Source of the DNA: Bacillota bacterium
GTDB lineage: Bacteria > Bacillota > Sulfobacillia > RBS10-35 > Bu92
DNA: 64,000 bases
Reading direction: 5' to 3'
Assembly: GCA_014896375.1 (NCBI GenBank)
Contig: JADBKN010000001.1
Location: 274 to 64,273 of the forward strand
The notes beneath the pieces are model-generated. The model was not told the DNA's origin, made no database searches, and saw only the letters and a program-made list of their open reading frames with translations. Positions 31,591 through 40,643 of this stretch are shown piece after piece. The first letter of the stretch is position 1. Every line of letters starts with the position of its first letter. A program made the translations under genes and the position numbers.

Positions 31591-32715
31591 TTGACACCGA
31601 TCGAACCGACCGTTGTGATGCAGCGTCTCCAGGCGCTGGCGGGGCGCGACCTGTACGTGCACCTGGAGACGACGACCGGCGCCTACACGAAGGGTGCCTT
31701 CGGGGCGTTTCTGCGCAATGGGCGCATCCGCTTTCTGGACGGGCGCGTTACGGGGCGCGGCCCGTTCCGCGTGGGGCTGCGCCTCGCGGACGGCTGGCTC
31801 TACGCCGAGGGCTTGACGCATTGGGACGTCGACGAGGACGGGCGGCTGCTGCTCGCGGGCCACGATGACGAGGGCCGGCTCACGGTGGCGCTGGAGCTCA
31901 GCCCGGAGCCCTTCCCCGCGGCGTGGGGCGCGGGGCCGGCGCTGGGCGTGGGGGCGGCGCAGGGCGCGAGGGCGTTGGAGCCCGGCGCACACGGCGCTGG
32001 CGGCGCGGAGGCGTTGGAGCGGCGCGTGCCCGGCGCTGGCGGCGCGGAGGCGGCGCTTGTCCGCGGCCCCCTCGTCGTCGTCCTCGCCCACCCGGACGAT
32101 GAGTCCTTCGCGTGCGGCGGCGTCATGGCGCTGCACGCGGCGGCGGGCGCGCCGGTGACCTACGTCTGCGCCACGCGCGGCGAGATGGGCCGCAACATGG
32201 GCCGGCCTCCCCTCGCCACGCGGGAGACGCTGGCATCCCTTCGGGAGCGCGAGCTCGTCGCCGCCTGCGCGGCGCTGGGCGTGCACGACGTGCGCTTTTT
32301 GGGGCTCTGGGACAAGACTGTGGAGTTCGTCGACCGCGAGGCGTTGGTGGAGGCCGTGCGCGCAATCCTGCTGGAGATGGAGCCGGTGCGTCTCATCACG
32401 TTCCATCCCCGCTTCGGCGGGCACCCGGATCACGAGGCGGTGGGGGCGGCAGCTCTTGAGGCCGTGCGCCGGCTGCCGGCAGAGCGGCGGCCGGTGGTCT
32501 GGTGCCCCATCGTGCCGGCGGCCGAGGGCGATGCCGGCCTGCCGGTGGAGACGGTGGACATCCGTGCCGTCGGTGAGCGGAAGATGGCGGCGCTCCGGGC
32601 GCACCGCTCCCAGACGGCGAACTGGGAGGCGCGCGCCGAGGCGGACCCGGAACTGCGCGCGCGTATGGAGAGGATGCGTTCGGAAGAGCGGTTCTGGGTG
32701 TATGCGGTGGAGTGA
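31591..32715 (+). CDS. bshB2: YojF (DUF1806)-BshB2 (PIG-L deacetylase) fusion protein
   Basis: The N-terminus is YojF-like (YVHLETTTGAY, GPFRVGL, GWLYAEGLTHW, LLLAGHD). The C-terminus is BshB2-like (AHPDDESF, TRGEMGRNMG, HPDH, AHRSQT). Confidence 0.85.
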   Translation: MTPIEPTVVMQRLQALAGRDLYVHLETTTGAYTKGAFGAFLRNGRIRFLDGRVTGRGPFRVGLRLADGWLYAEGLTHWDVDEDGRLLLAGHDDEGRLTVALELSPEPFPAAWGAGPALGVGAAQGARALEPGAHGAGGAEALERRVPGAGGAEAALVRGPLVVVLAHPDDESFACGGVMALHAAAGAPVTYVCATRGEMGRNMGRPPLATRETLASLRERELVAACAALGVHDVRFLGLWDKTVEFVDREALVEAVRAILLEMEPVRLITFHPRFGGHPDHEAVGAAALEAVRRLPAERRPVVWCPIVPAAEGDAGLPVETVDIRAVGERKMAALRAHRSQTANWEARAEADPELRARMERMRSEERFWVYAVE

Positions 32716-32878
32716 GCGGCGAGGGAGGGGCGGCGCGGCGCCGGGCGGTGGTGTGGCGGCAACACCTGCCGCTCGGGGGGCGCGCCATGCGGTGCCGGCC
32801 GCCGGCAGGCGGGCGTGGGGCGCGGGGTACGCGGTGCGGGGGCTGCCGTGGCTTGGCGGGTGTGAGGCGTGGAGTGCA

Positions 32879-33015
32879 CCTTATCGGTTGACATAACGCC
32901 AAATGGTGGGGTCGTAAGGTCGATGGGACGCCTTATGGGTTGACATAAGGCCGGCGACCCGGGGGTGACGCCCAAGTGAAGGCGCGACTTGCGCCTTACC
33001 CTCTGCGGAAACGCC
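32879..33015. repeat. Cluster of 22-bp palindromic repeats (two clear copies, one degenerate)
   Basis: CCTTATCGGTTGACATAACGCC (32879), CCTTATGGGTTGACATAAGGCC (32931) and CCTTACCCTCTGCGGAAACGCC (32994). Confidence 0.7.
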
Positions 33016-33108
33016 GTTGAGCCGACGGTGGAGGCGCAAAGAGTGCCTAATTCCTCGCAGTGGTGGGTGCGGTAGAGGTGCCGGGTACGTCCAGGGTATC
33101 GCGCCGTA

Positions 33109-33141
33109 GAGAGACGCGGGCCGTGACCGCGCCTCTTTTTT
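33109..33141 (+). terminator. Intrinsic terminator upstream of the SOS promoter
   Basis: GAGACGCGG-gccgtga-CCGCGCCTC-TTTTTT (one mismatch in the stem). Confidence 0.7.
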
Positions 33142-33240
33142 CCTTTGCTTGCTCGCTTTCCCGCTCGGTTTCCCTCGCTGAGTGAGACCTCTCTTGGAAG
33201 CGGATCCGCCACCCGCGGTGCTCTCCGATGCGTGGCGGCA

Positions 33241-33289
33241 TTGACCTCACCCGAACATGTGTTCTATACTGCAATCGAACACACGTTCG
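33241..33289 (+). promoter_or_regulatory. SigmaA promoter with two LexA (Cheo) boxes
   Basis: TTGACC-N18-TATACT. CGAAC-ATGT-GTTC (33252-33264) lies between -35 and -10, and CGAAC-ACAC-GTTCG (33276-33289) lies downstream. Confidence 0.9.
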
Positions 33290-33303
33290 ACGGAGGTTGC
33301 CCC

Positions 33304-34641
33304 ATGGGACAGGCGGAACAGGCGCCCAAGGAGCGGGTCGGGTACTTCGCGCTCGCCGGCTTTTTCGCGCAGGTGGAGCGGGTCGAACGCGGCGGAGAGG
33401 CGCCGGTGGTCGTCATCCGGGACGGCCGCGTCCTCGATCGCGACGCTGCCGCGAAGGAGGCCGGCGTGCGCTTGGGGCAGGCGGAAGTCGAGGCCCGCCA
33501 AGCCTGTCCCCGTGCCCGGTTCATTCCTTATGTGGCCGCTCGCTACCGCGCCGCGGCCGATCAGGTCATGGCGGCGGCGTACGCCCTTTCGCCCGTGCTG
33601 GAACCGGATGGCGAGGCGGCGGGTTGGTTCGAGCTCGGCCGCAATCAGAGCCCGGAAGAAGTCGTGGAGAGCCTGTCCGCCGCTCTGATCCCACGGTGGG
33701 GAATCCGCCTGCTGACCGGTTTCGGCCCCAACCCGTGGACGGCGCAGTTGGCCGCGCTCCGCTTGGCTTCGCCGGCCAACCCCTTTCCGGTGGTGGCGGC
33801 CGCCTCGGCCGCAGACGCCCTGGCGCCGCTGCCTGTGGCCGTACTGGATCGCGTCCTGCCAGGCATCTCACCGCGGTTGCAAGCACTGGGACTCCACACC
33901 CTGGGGCAGGTGGCGGCCGTGCCGCCTCCGGAACTGCGGCGTGCCTTGGGGGAGCCGGCGCTGGCCGCTCAAGGCTACAGCCGCGGCGAGGACGGCCGCC
34001 GCGTGCGGCCGCTCTGGCCGCGCGCGGCCGTCGTAGAGGCGGTGGACTTCTCAAGCCCCCTCTCCAACCTGGAAACCGTCTCCCACACGCTGGACCGCCT
34101 GGCCGCCGCGCTCGCCCGCAGGCTGAGGGACAAGGGCCAGGCCGGGCGTCAGGTGGCGCTGGAGGTTCTCACGGAGGACGGGCGGGCGCGCCGCGCGGAG
34201 CGCCGCTTCACCCGGCCGCGGGCAGATGCGGCCGTGGCCCAGGTCCTTCACTTTCTCTGGGCGGGAGAGCTGTGGCCGGAACTGGCGCGCGGCTCGCGGG
34301 GGGCGCTGCGGATCGTCCGGCTGGCGGCGTCTGTCTCGGACCTCTGCGAGCGACCGTGGGCCCAGGTCGGGCTATGGCAGGAGCCCTCCGCGGCGGAACG
34401 CACCCTGAGTGCGGGAGGGAGAGTGGCGGCCGAGCGGGAGGCTGCGCGGCCGGAGGGACTGCCTTCGGTGGACCGGCGCAAGCTCCCCCAGGTGGTGCAG
34501 GAGCTCCGTGCGCGCTTCCCTTCCGCGCATGTGGGCTTCGGTGCCCCGGAGGCGGCCGACTGGCGCGAGGAGCGGCTGGCGTTCTGGGATCCCCTCCGCT
34601 GGACGACGCAGTCGCACGGTGCCGGCCGGTCCTCTCGATGA
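33304..34641 (+). CDS. imuB: Catalytically inactive Y-family polymerase (ImuB-like)
   Basis: Y-family layout with the catalytic acids lost (FALAGFFAQVE; LEPDGEAAGWF). Clamp-like motif QVGLW and RecA-NT-like segment KLPQVVQELRARFPSAHV. Confidence 0.82.
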   Translation: MGQAEQAPKERVGYFALAGFFAQVERVERGGEAPVVVIRDGRVLDRDAAAKEAGVRLGQAEVEARQACPRARFIPYVAARYRAAADQVMAAAYALSPVLEPDGEAAGWFELGRNQSPEEVVESLSAALIPRWGIRLLTGFGPNPWTAQLAALRLASPANPFPVVAAASAADALAPLPVAVLDRVLPGISPRLQALGLHTLGQVAAVPPPELRRALGEPALAAQGYSRGEDGRRVRPLWPRAAVVEAVDFSSPLSNLETVSHTLDRLAAALARRLRDKGQAGRQVALEVLTEDGRARRAERRFTRPRADAAVAQVLHFLWAGELWPELARGSRGALRIVRLAASVSDLCERPWAQVGLWQEPSAAERTLSAGGRVAAEREAARPEGLPSVDRRKLPQVVQELRARFPSAHVGFGAPEAADWREERLAFWDPLRWTTQSHGAGRSSR

Positions 34642-34699
34642 CGCCGCCCGCTCCCCCCGCTGCGCATGAAAGCGCCGCGGAGGGGAGGGTGCGCCGGCG

Positions 34700-34990
34700 A
34701 TGAAACGCGTCCGCCGGGAGGTCGAGGTGCGTCTCTCGCCTGAGGGCGTTCCGGTCGCGTACCGGGACCGCGGCCGCTGGCGGGAGATCGAAGCCGTCGT
34801 CGACTGCTGGTTCGAAGTCCTCCCCTGGTGGCCGGGGCGGGAGGCGGAGATGGCGGGAGGGCGGTTCGCCGAGGCGCTGGAAGTGGCGATGTACCGCGTC
34901 CTCTTGGAGGGCGGCGGCCTGGTGGAGCTGGAACGCTGTCCCGCGCGGGGCGGGGAGGCCCGCTGGCGCCTCTATCGGGTGTACGACTGA
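34700..34990 (+). CDS. DUF6504 / ImuB C-terminal-like small protein
   Basis: PVAYRDRGRWREIEAVVDCW...WW...YRV...GGLVEL...WRLYRVYD. GGAGGG RBS. Confidence 0.75.
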   Translation: MKRVRREVEVRLSPEGVPVAYRDRGRWREIEAVVDCWFEVLPWWPGREAEMAGGRFAEALEVAMYRVLLEGGGLVELERCPARGGEARWRLYRVYD

Positions 34991-35107
34991 CCCGCATTCA
35001 CGCGCTGACCGGCCTCTTCGCGCCCGTTTCCGACCTTTTCGCACGCTTCCCGACCTTCGTGGGCGGGGAACACTAGGCGAAACCCCGTTCGCAGGAGGAG
35101 GCGTGTG

Positions 35108-35548
35108 ATGATGTGGTCTCGACGCTCACGGCCGGACGCGGCCCAGCGCAATCGCGCGGGCCTGGACTTCATGCAGGCGGACGCCGACCGCCGGACGCCG
35201 GTTCCGCCCGGCGAGGCGGATTTCGTCAACGTGGAGAACATGCGCCGCGAGCTGTTCCCGCAGGAGTTTCCGGAGGGGCCCTACGGAGCGCCGCCGGACG
35301 CCGTTGAGGCCGGTGGTTCGCCGGAGCTGGCCGCGCTCGACGGCGTCTTCGCTGGCGCCCTGGAAAGCGGGAGAGCCGGCGGCGGTTCATTCCCTGGGAT
35401 GGAGGTGGGGGGCGGCACGGCGCCAGCGGAGGACAGCGGGGGAGGCGAAGATGGTGGGGATGGAGATGAGGGCGGCGACGAGGACGCCGTCGACGATGAC
35501 GATCCGTTCGATCCCCGCATGATCTTCTTCTTCGACGGCGCCGGATGA
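35108..35548 (+). CDS. Small acidic hypothetical protein (Bacillota 'cytosolic protein'-like motif)
   Basis: Strong AGGAGGAGG RBS, motif DFVNVENMRRELFPQEFPEGPYG, and an acidic tail. Confidence 0.65.
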   Translation: MMWSRRSRPDAAQRNRAGLDFMQADADRRTPVPPGEADFVNVENMRRELFPQEFPEGPYGAPPDAVEAGGSPELAALDGVFAGALESGRAGGGSFPGMEVGGGTAPAEDSGGGEDGGDGDEGGDEDAVDDDDPFDPRMIFFFDGAG

Positions 35549-35551
35549 GCC

Positions 35552-38500
35552 ATGACCCACGGGAGCCCGTTCGTCCACCTGCACTGCCATTCTCCGTATT
35601 CCTTTCTGGACGGCGCCAGCCGCATCCGCACGCTGGTCCGTCGCGCGGCGGAACTGGGCCAGCCGGCCCTCGCGCTGACGGATCGCGACAACCTCTGCGG
35701 CGCCGTGGAGTTCGTGGAGGAGGCGGAGCGCGCCGGCATCCGCCCCATTCTGGGTGCGGAGGTCACGCTGGAGCCGCTGGCGGATGCAGGGGGAGGGGCG
35801 GGGGCGAAGGCAGGGGCGAGGGAAGGGGCGGGGGTGAAGGCACGGGCGAGGACAGGGGCGAGGACAGAGGCGAAGGCAGCGGCGGATCCCGGCTATCCCC
35901 TCGTGCTGTTGGCGGCGGGGCCGCACGGTTACCGGCAGCTGAGCCGGCTCATCACGCGCGCGCACCTTGAGAGGCCGCGGGGGCGGCCGCGCGCGAGCCT
36001 CACCGCCCTGGAGGAGGCGGCGGGCGCCAGCCGCGGCGAGCTCCTCGCGCTCACCGGCGGCCGCGCGTCGGAGATCCCCGCCCGGCTCCTGGCGGGGGAC
36101 CTCGACGGCGCCCGGGCGGCGCTGGAGCGGCTCGTCGGCATCCTGGGCCGGCCGCAGGTGGCGGTGGAGCTCGTCAACCCGTTCTTTCCAGGCGGGCGCC
36201 GGCTGTTGCGCCTCCTCGCGGAGCTGGCGGAGCGGGCGGGCGTGGCGCTGGTGGCGGCCAACGATGTGCGCTACGCGGACCGTTCGGCCTACATGGTCCA
36301 CGACCTCCTCTGCTGCGTGCGCGCGGGGGTGGACGTGTCCACGCCGCACCCTTGGCGGCCGCTGAACGCCGAGCAGGATCTGAAGAGCGCGGAGGCGATG
36401 GCGGCCGCGTTCGCGCCGTACGTGGAGGCCGTGGCGGAGGCCGGGCGCTGGGCGGAGCGCTGCGGCCCGGCCCTGGAGTTGGGCGTGGACCGCCACCCGG
36501 AGTTTCCCCTGCCGGAGGGCGTCGACGCCAACGAATACCTGCGGCGGCTCGTGTACGAGGGTGCGCGGCGGCGCTACGGCCGCGTGGGCCCGGCAGAGCG
36601 GGAGCGTCTGGAGCATGAGTTGGACATCATCGCCCGGCTCGGCTTCGCCGGCTACTTCCTCCTCGTCTGGGACGTGGCGCAGTTCGCCGCGCGGCGCGGC
36701 ATCCGCTTCGCGGGGCGCGGCTCCGCCGCCGATTCGGCCGTCGCCTACTGCCTCGGTATCACGAACGTGGACGCCATCCGGCGCGGGCTGCTCTTTGAAC
36801 GCTTCCTCAGCGTCGAGCGCGCGGAGAAGCCCGACATCGACATCGACTTCGACGCGCGGCGGCGCGACGAAGTCACGGCGTACGTCTACGAGCGCTACGG
36901 CCGCCGGCACGTGGCGAACGTGGCCGCCTTCCAGACGTTCCGCGGCCGCTCGGCGCTGCGCGACCTCGGCAAGGCGCTGCGCTTGCCGGCGGAGGAGATC
37001 GACCGCTTCGCCAAGCGCGTGCCCTACTTCGTGGCGGCCGACAACCTCGCCGAGGCCTTCGACAAGGTCCCGGAGCTGCGGGAGAGCGGCCTGGACCAGC
37101 GGAAGTTCGGCCTGCTCTTGCAGGCGGCGGCCGCCGTGGCCGGGTTTCCGCGCCACCTGAGCACGCACGTCGGCGGGGTGGTGATCACAAGGGAGCCGGT
37201 GGAGGAGATCCTCCCCGTGCAGATGGCCGCGAAGGGTGTGCCGATCCTGCAGGCGGACCGCGACGGCGTGGAGGCGCTGGGGCTGGTCAAGCTGGACCTG
37301 CTCTCCCTGCGCACCTTCTCCGCCGTGGAGCAGGCTGTGCGCGCCATCGTGGAGGAGGACGAGGACTTCGACTACGACCGCATTCCGCAGGGGGACCGCG
37401 CCACGTTCGAGATGCTCAACGAGGGCCGCACGATCGGCGTCTTCCAGCTGGAGAGCCCGGCGCAGCGGGCGCTGCAGGCACGCCTGGGGGCGGAGCGGTT
37501 CGAGGACATCGTCGCGAGTGTGGCCATCATCCGGCCGGGGCCCATCAAGGGCAACATGGTGGAGCCGTACATCCGCCGGCGCCGCGGGGAGGAGCCGGTC
37601 CGCTACCTGCACCCCGCGCTGGAGCCCATCCTCCGCAAGACGTACGGCGTCGTGCTCTTCCAGGAGCAGGTGATCGACATCGCGCACGCGGTGGCGGGAT
37701 TCACGCCGGGAGAGGCGGACCGTCTCCGCCGCACGATGAGCCACGCCCGCTCCCAGGAGGAGATGGCGGAGATCGGGCGCCTCTTTGTGCGCAAGGCGGC
37801 GGCGCGCGGCGTGCCGGAGGAGACGGCGGCGGCCATCTTCCAGTGCCTGGCGGGCTACGCCAGCTACGGCTTCAACGAGGCCCACGCGGCGGCGTTCGCG
37901 GACACGGCGTACCGAACGGCGTACCTTGTGCGGCACCATCCCGCGGCCTTCTTCGCCGGGATCCTCTCCAGCCAGCCGATGGGCTACTACCCCCTGCATA
38001 CGGTGGTGGCCGACGCGCGCGCGCGCGGCGTGGAGGTGCGGCCTCCGGATGTGCGCTCAAGTCTCCCGGAGTGCACCGTGGAGGACGGCGGAACCGCTAT
38101 CCGGCTGGGGCTGGCGCTGTTGGCGGGGCTTTCGCGGCGCACCCAGGAGCGGATCGCGATGGCGCGCGCGGAGCGCCCGTACGCGGGCGTGCTGGATTTT
38201 CTCGCGCGGGCGGCGCCGTCGCGGGACGAGGCCGAGGCGCTCGCGCTCTCGGGGGCGCTCGACGGCCTCGTGCAGGGGCGGCGGCGGGCGCTGCTCTGGG
38301 CGCTGCCGGAGGCATACCGGCGGCTGGAGGCGAGGGCGGCGTTGCCCATCGAGGAGGCGGCGCGCGCGGCGGGGGCTGCGGCCGCCGGTACGGCGGGGAA
38401 CGCGGCCGCCGGTACGGCGGTAGCGGCTGCGGCCGAGGTGGGCGACCCGCCGGACCTTCTTCCGGCCCTGCCGGAATTCACCCCCGAGGAGCGCGTCGTC

Positions 38501-38932
38501 CACGAGTGGCGATGTCTCGGCTTCGCGCTGACCGCGCACCCCATGGCCTTCTGGCGCGAGCGCCTCCGCCGGCGCGGTTTCCTCACCAGCCGCGAGGCGG
38601 CGCAGGCGGCGGCGGGGTCGCGCGTGAGGGTGGCCGGCCTGCCCGTGCGGCCCCATCGCCCTCCCACGCGAAGCGGGCGCATCGTCGTCTACGTTTCGCT
38701 GGAGGACGAGTTCGGCCTCACCGATGTCGTCATCCTCGAAGAGTTGTACCAGCGGGAGGGCGGCGTGCTGTTCGGCGAGCGCCTGCCGCCTGTGGCGGTG
38801 GAGGGCGTCGTGGAGCGCCGCGGTCGCGGCGTTCAGGTGCGCGCGGAGCGCGTGGCGCCGCTCGGCCGCACGCGGGGTGCGGGAGCGGCGGGGCGGGTGC
38901 CGGCGCGCCCCGCGCCCGGGCGGCGCCGGTAG
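35552..38932 (+). CDS. dnaE2: Error-prone DNA polymerase III alpha subunit DnaE2
   Basis: PHP domain HLHCHSPYSFLDG, GRGSAADS, PDIDIDF, KLDLL, GVFQLES, YGFNEAHA, SQPMGYY and OB-fold RPPTRSG...LEDE. Short form lying in a LexA-boxed operon. Confidence 0.9.
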   Translation: MTHGSPFVHLHCHSPYSFLDGASRIRTLVRRAAELGQPALALTDRDNLCGAVEFVEEAERAGIRPILGAEVTLEPLADAGGGAGAKAGAREGAGVKARARTGARTEAKAAADPGYPLVLLAAGPHGYRQLSRLITRAHLERPRGRPRASLTALEEAAGASRGELLALTGGRASEIPARLLAGDLDGARAALERLVGILGRPQVAVELVNPFFPGGRRLLRLLAELAERAGVALVAANDVRYADRSAYMVHDLLCCVRAGVDVSTPHPWRPLNAEQDLKSAEAMAAAFAPYVEAVAEAGRWAERCGPALELGVDRHPEFPLPEGVDANEYLRRLVYEGARRRYGRVGPAERERLEHELDIIARLGFAGYFLLVWDVAQFAARRGIRFAGRGSAADSAVAYCLGITNVDAIRRGLLFERFLSVERAEKPDIDIDFDARRRDEVTAYVYERYGRRHVANVAAFQTFRGRSALRDLGKALRLPAEEIDRFAKRVPYFVAADNLAEAFDKVPELRESGLDQRKFGLLLQAAAAVAGFPRHLSTHVGGVVITREPVEEILPVQMAAKGVPILQADRDGVEALGLVKLDLLSLRTFSAVEQAVRAIVEEDEDFDYDRIPQGDRATFEMLNEGRTIGVFQLESPAQRALQARLGAERFEDIVASVAIIRPGPIKGNMVEPYIRRRRGEEPVRYLHPALEPILRKTYGVVLFQEQVIDIAHAVAGFTPGEADRLRRTMSHARSQEEMAEIGRLFVRKAAARGVPEETAAAIFQCLAGYASYGFNEAHAAAFADTAYRTAYLVRHHPAAFFAGILSSQPMGYYPLHTVVADARARGVEVRPPDVRSSLPECTVEDGGTAIRLGLALLAGLSRRTQERIAMARAERPYAGVLDFLARAAPSRDEAEALALSGALDGLVQGRRRALLWALPEAYRRLEARAALPIEEAARAAGAAAAGTAGNAAAGTAVAAAAEVGDPPDLLPALPEFTPEERVVHEWRCLGFALTAHPMAFWRERLRRRGFLTSREAAQAAAGSRVRVAGLPVRPHRPPTRSGRIVVYVSLEDEFGLTDVVILEELYQREGGVLFGERLPPVAVEGVVERRGRGVQVRAERVAPLGRTRGAGAAGRVPARPAPGRRR
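35786..35880 (+). repeat. Purine-rich ~12-bp tandem repeat inside the dnaE2 PHP domain
   Basis: Units such as aggggcgaggac and ggggcgaaggc encode AGGGAGAKAGAREGAGVKARARTGARTEAKA. Confidence 0.7.
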
Positions 38933-39016
38933 CGGCGGCGCGGACGGCGGCCGCCCGCCGCCCTGGACGCGGGCCGCCTCCGGCCGCATAGTTCTTTCCA
39001 GAGAGGAGCGGTACCC

Positions 39017-40588
39017 ATGGCGTCGGTGCCCCGTCCCGGCCGCCCGCCGGACCCGGAGGAGTGGCGCGGGAGGAGGGTCGCCGTGGTCGGCCTCGGCATC
39101 AGCAACCTGGCGCTCGTCCGCTTCCTCCGGCGGCACGGCGCCGCCGTGGAGGTGCGCGACCAGCAATCGCCGGAGGCCCTGGGCGGGCGTCTGCGGGAAG
39201 CGATGGAGTGGGGCGCGGCGGCGCGCGTGGGCGAGGGCTACCTTGAGGGGCTCGACGCCTTCGACGCGGTCTTTCTCACGCCCGGCATGCGCAAGGACTT
39301 GCCGGAGATCGCCGCCCTGCACGCCAAGGGCGTGCCCGTCTCCAGCGAGGTGGGGCTCTTCATGCGCTACTGCCGCGCGCCCATCGTGGGTGTGACGGGC
39401 AGCGCCGGCAAAACGACGACGACGACGCTCACCGGCCGCCTCTTCGCCGCCGCTCATCCGCGGACGTACGTGGGGGGGAACATCGGCCGGCCGCTCGTGG
39501 AGCTGGTCGAGGACATCCCACCGGACGCCTGGGTGGTACTGGAGCTCTCCAGTTTCCAGCTGGAGCTCGTCGAGTCGAGCCCCAACCTCGCCGCCGTGCT
39601 GAACCTGCGCCCGAACCACCTCGACGTCCACCCCTCGATGGACGCGTACCGCGCCGCCAAGCAGCGCATCTACCGCTTCCAGGGTCCGGGGGACTGGTGC
39701 GTCTTCAACGCGGACGACGACGCCACCTGGCCCTGGCACGCCGAGGCCCCGGGCCGTGTGGCGGCCTTCTCGACGGCGCAGCCGGTGGAATGCGGCACCT
39801 GGCTCGCAGGCCCGCGGGCGGAGGCCGTGGTGCTCACGAACCTCTTGCCCGTGCGGGCGGCCGCGGAGGGCGCGCCTCTGCCGGGCGGCACGCGGGAGCT
39901 CCTGCGCGCGGCCGACATCCGCCTCCCCGGCGCGCACAACCGCGCGAACGTGCTGGCCGCCGTCTCCCTGGCCGTGCTCGGCGGCGTGCCGGACGCGGCC
40001 GTCGCGCCCGTGGTGCGGGAGTTCCACGGCGTGCCGCACCGCCTGGAGACGGTGGCGGAAGTCGGCGGCGTGCTCTTCGTGAACGACTCCATCGCCACCT
40101 CGCCGGACCGCAGCATCGCCGCGCTGGAGACGTTCGAGCGGCCGGTCGTGCTGATCGCCGGCGGGTATGACAAGGGCCTCGACTTTCGTGAATGGGCGGA
40201 GGTGGTGCGGCGGCGCGCGCGCGCCGTGGTGCTGGTGGGGAAGGCGGCCGGGAAGCTCGCGGAGGCGCTGGAGGCGGCCGCGGGGCGCGCGGCCGGCGGC
40301 ACCGCGGTCGGCGGCGCCGCGGCGGCCGGCGAAGGCGCGGGCGCGGCCCAAGCCGCAAGCGGCGGCGCCGGTGGCGGACCCTTCGTGGAGCGCGCGGCCA
40401 CGTTTGAGGAGGCCGTCTGGCGCGCCGCCGCCGCAGCGAGGCCGGGTGACATCGTCCTGCTCTCCCCGGCCTGCGCGAGCTACGACATGTTCCGCAACTT
40501 CGAGGAGCGCGGCGCGGCCTTCCGGGAAATCGTGCGCCGGTGGGCGGCGCGCGCGGCCGGCGCGGCCGATGCGACCGGCCGCGCGTGA
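39017..40588 (+). CDS. murD: UDP-N-acetylmuramoyl-L-alanine:D-glutamate ligase
   Basis: Motifs GLGISN, GVTGSAGKTTTT, VGGNIG, LELSSFQL, HRLE, NDSIAT, AGGYDKG and LLSPACASYDMFRNFEERG. Confidence 0.95.
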   Translation: MASVPRPGRPPDPEEWRGRRVAVVGLGISNLALVRFLRRHGAAVEVRDQQSPEALGGRLREAMEWGAAARVGEGYLEGLDAFDAVFLTPGMRKDLPEIAALHAKGVPVSSEVGLFMRYCRAPIVGVTGSAGKTTTTTLTGRLFAAAHPRTYVGGNIGRPLVELVEDIPPDAWVVLELSSFQLELVESSPNLAAVLNLRPNHLDVHPSMDAYRAAKQRIYRFQGPGDWCVFNADDDATWPWHAEAPGRVAAFSTAQPVECGTWLAGPRAEAVVLTNLLPVRAAAEGAPLPGGTRELLRAADIRLPGAHNRANVLAAVSLAVLGGVPDAAVAPVVREFHGVPHRLETVAEVGGVLFVNDSIATSPDRSIAALETFERPVVLIAGGYDKGLDFREWAEVVRRRARAVVLVGKAAGKLAEALEAAAGRAAGGTAVGGAAAAGEGAGAAQAASGGAGGGPFVERAATFEEAVWRAAAAARPGDIVLLSPACASYDMFRNFEERGAAFREIVRRWAARAAGAADATGRA

Positions 40589-40643
40589 AGTCGCGCGTGA
40601 ACTCGACCGCGGCGGGTGATGCTAGTCGGCGGAGGGACGCCGC

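Noticed and set aside
32879-33015. CRISPR array
   Set aside because: There are only two good 22-bp copies with unequal spacing, no GAAAC-type end and no cas genes in the window. I kept it as a REP-like repeat.
32430-33212. 260-aa minus-strand ORF across the repeat region
   Set aside because: It overlaps bshB2 in antisense and has no RBS or domain. Its short peptide repeats only reflect the DNA repeat.
35552-38932. Intein in dnaE2, or a replicative DnaE
   Set aside because: The insertions are short Gly/Ala repeats with no splicing motifs. The short length and LexA-boxed context indicate DnaE2.
38965-38996. sigmaK/sigmaE promoter before murD (CATAGTTC)
   Set aside because: The match to consensus and the spacing are too weak to call.
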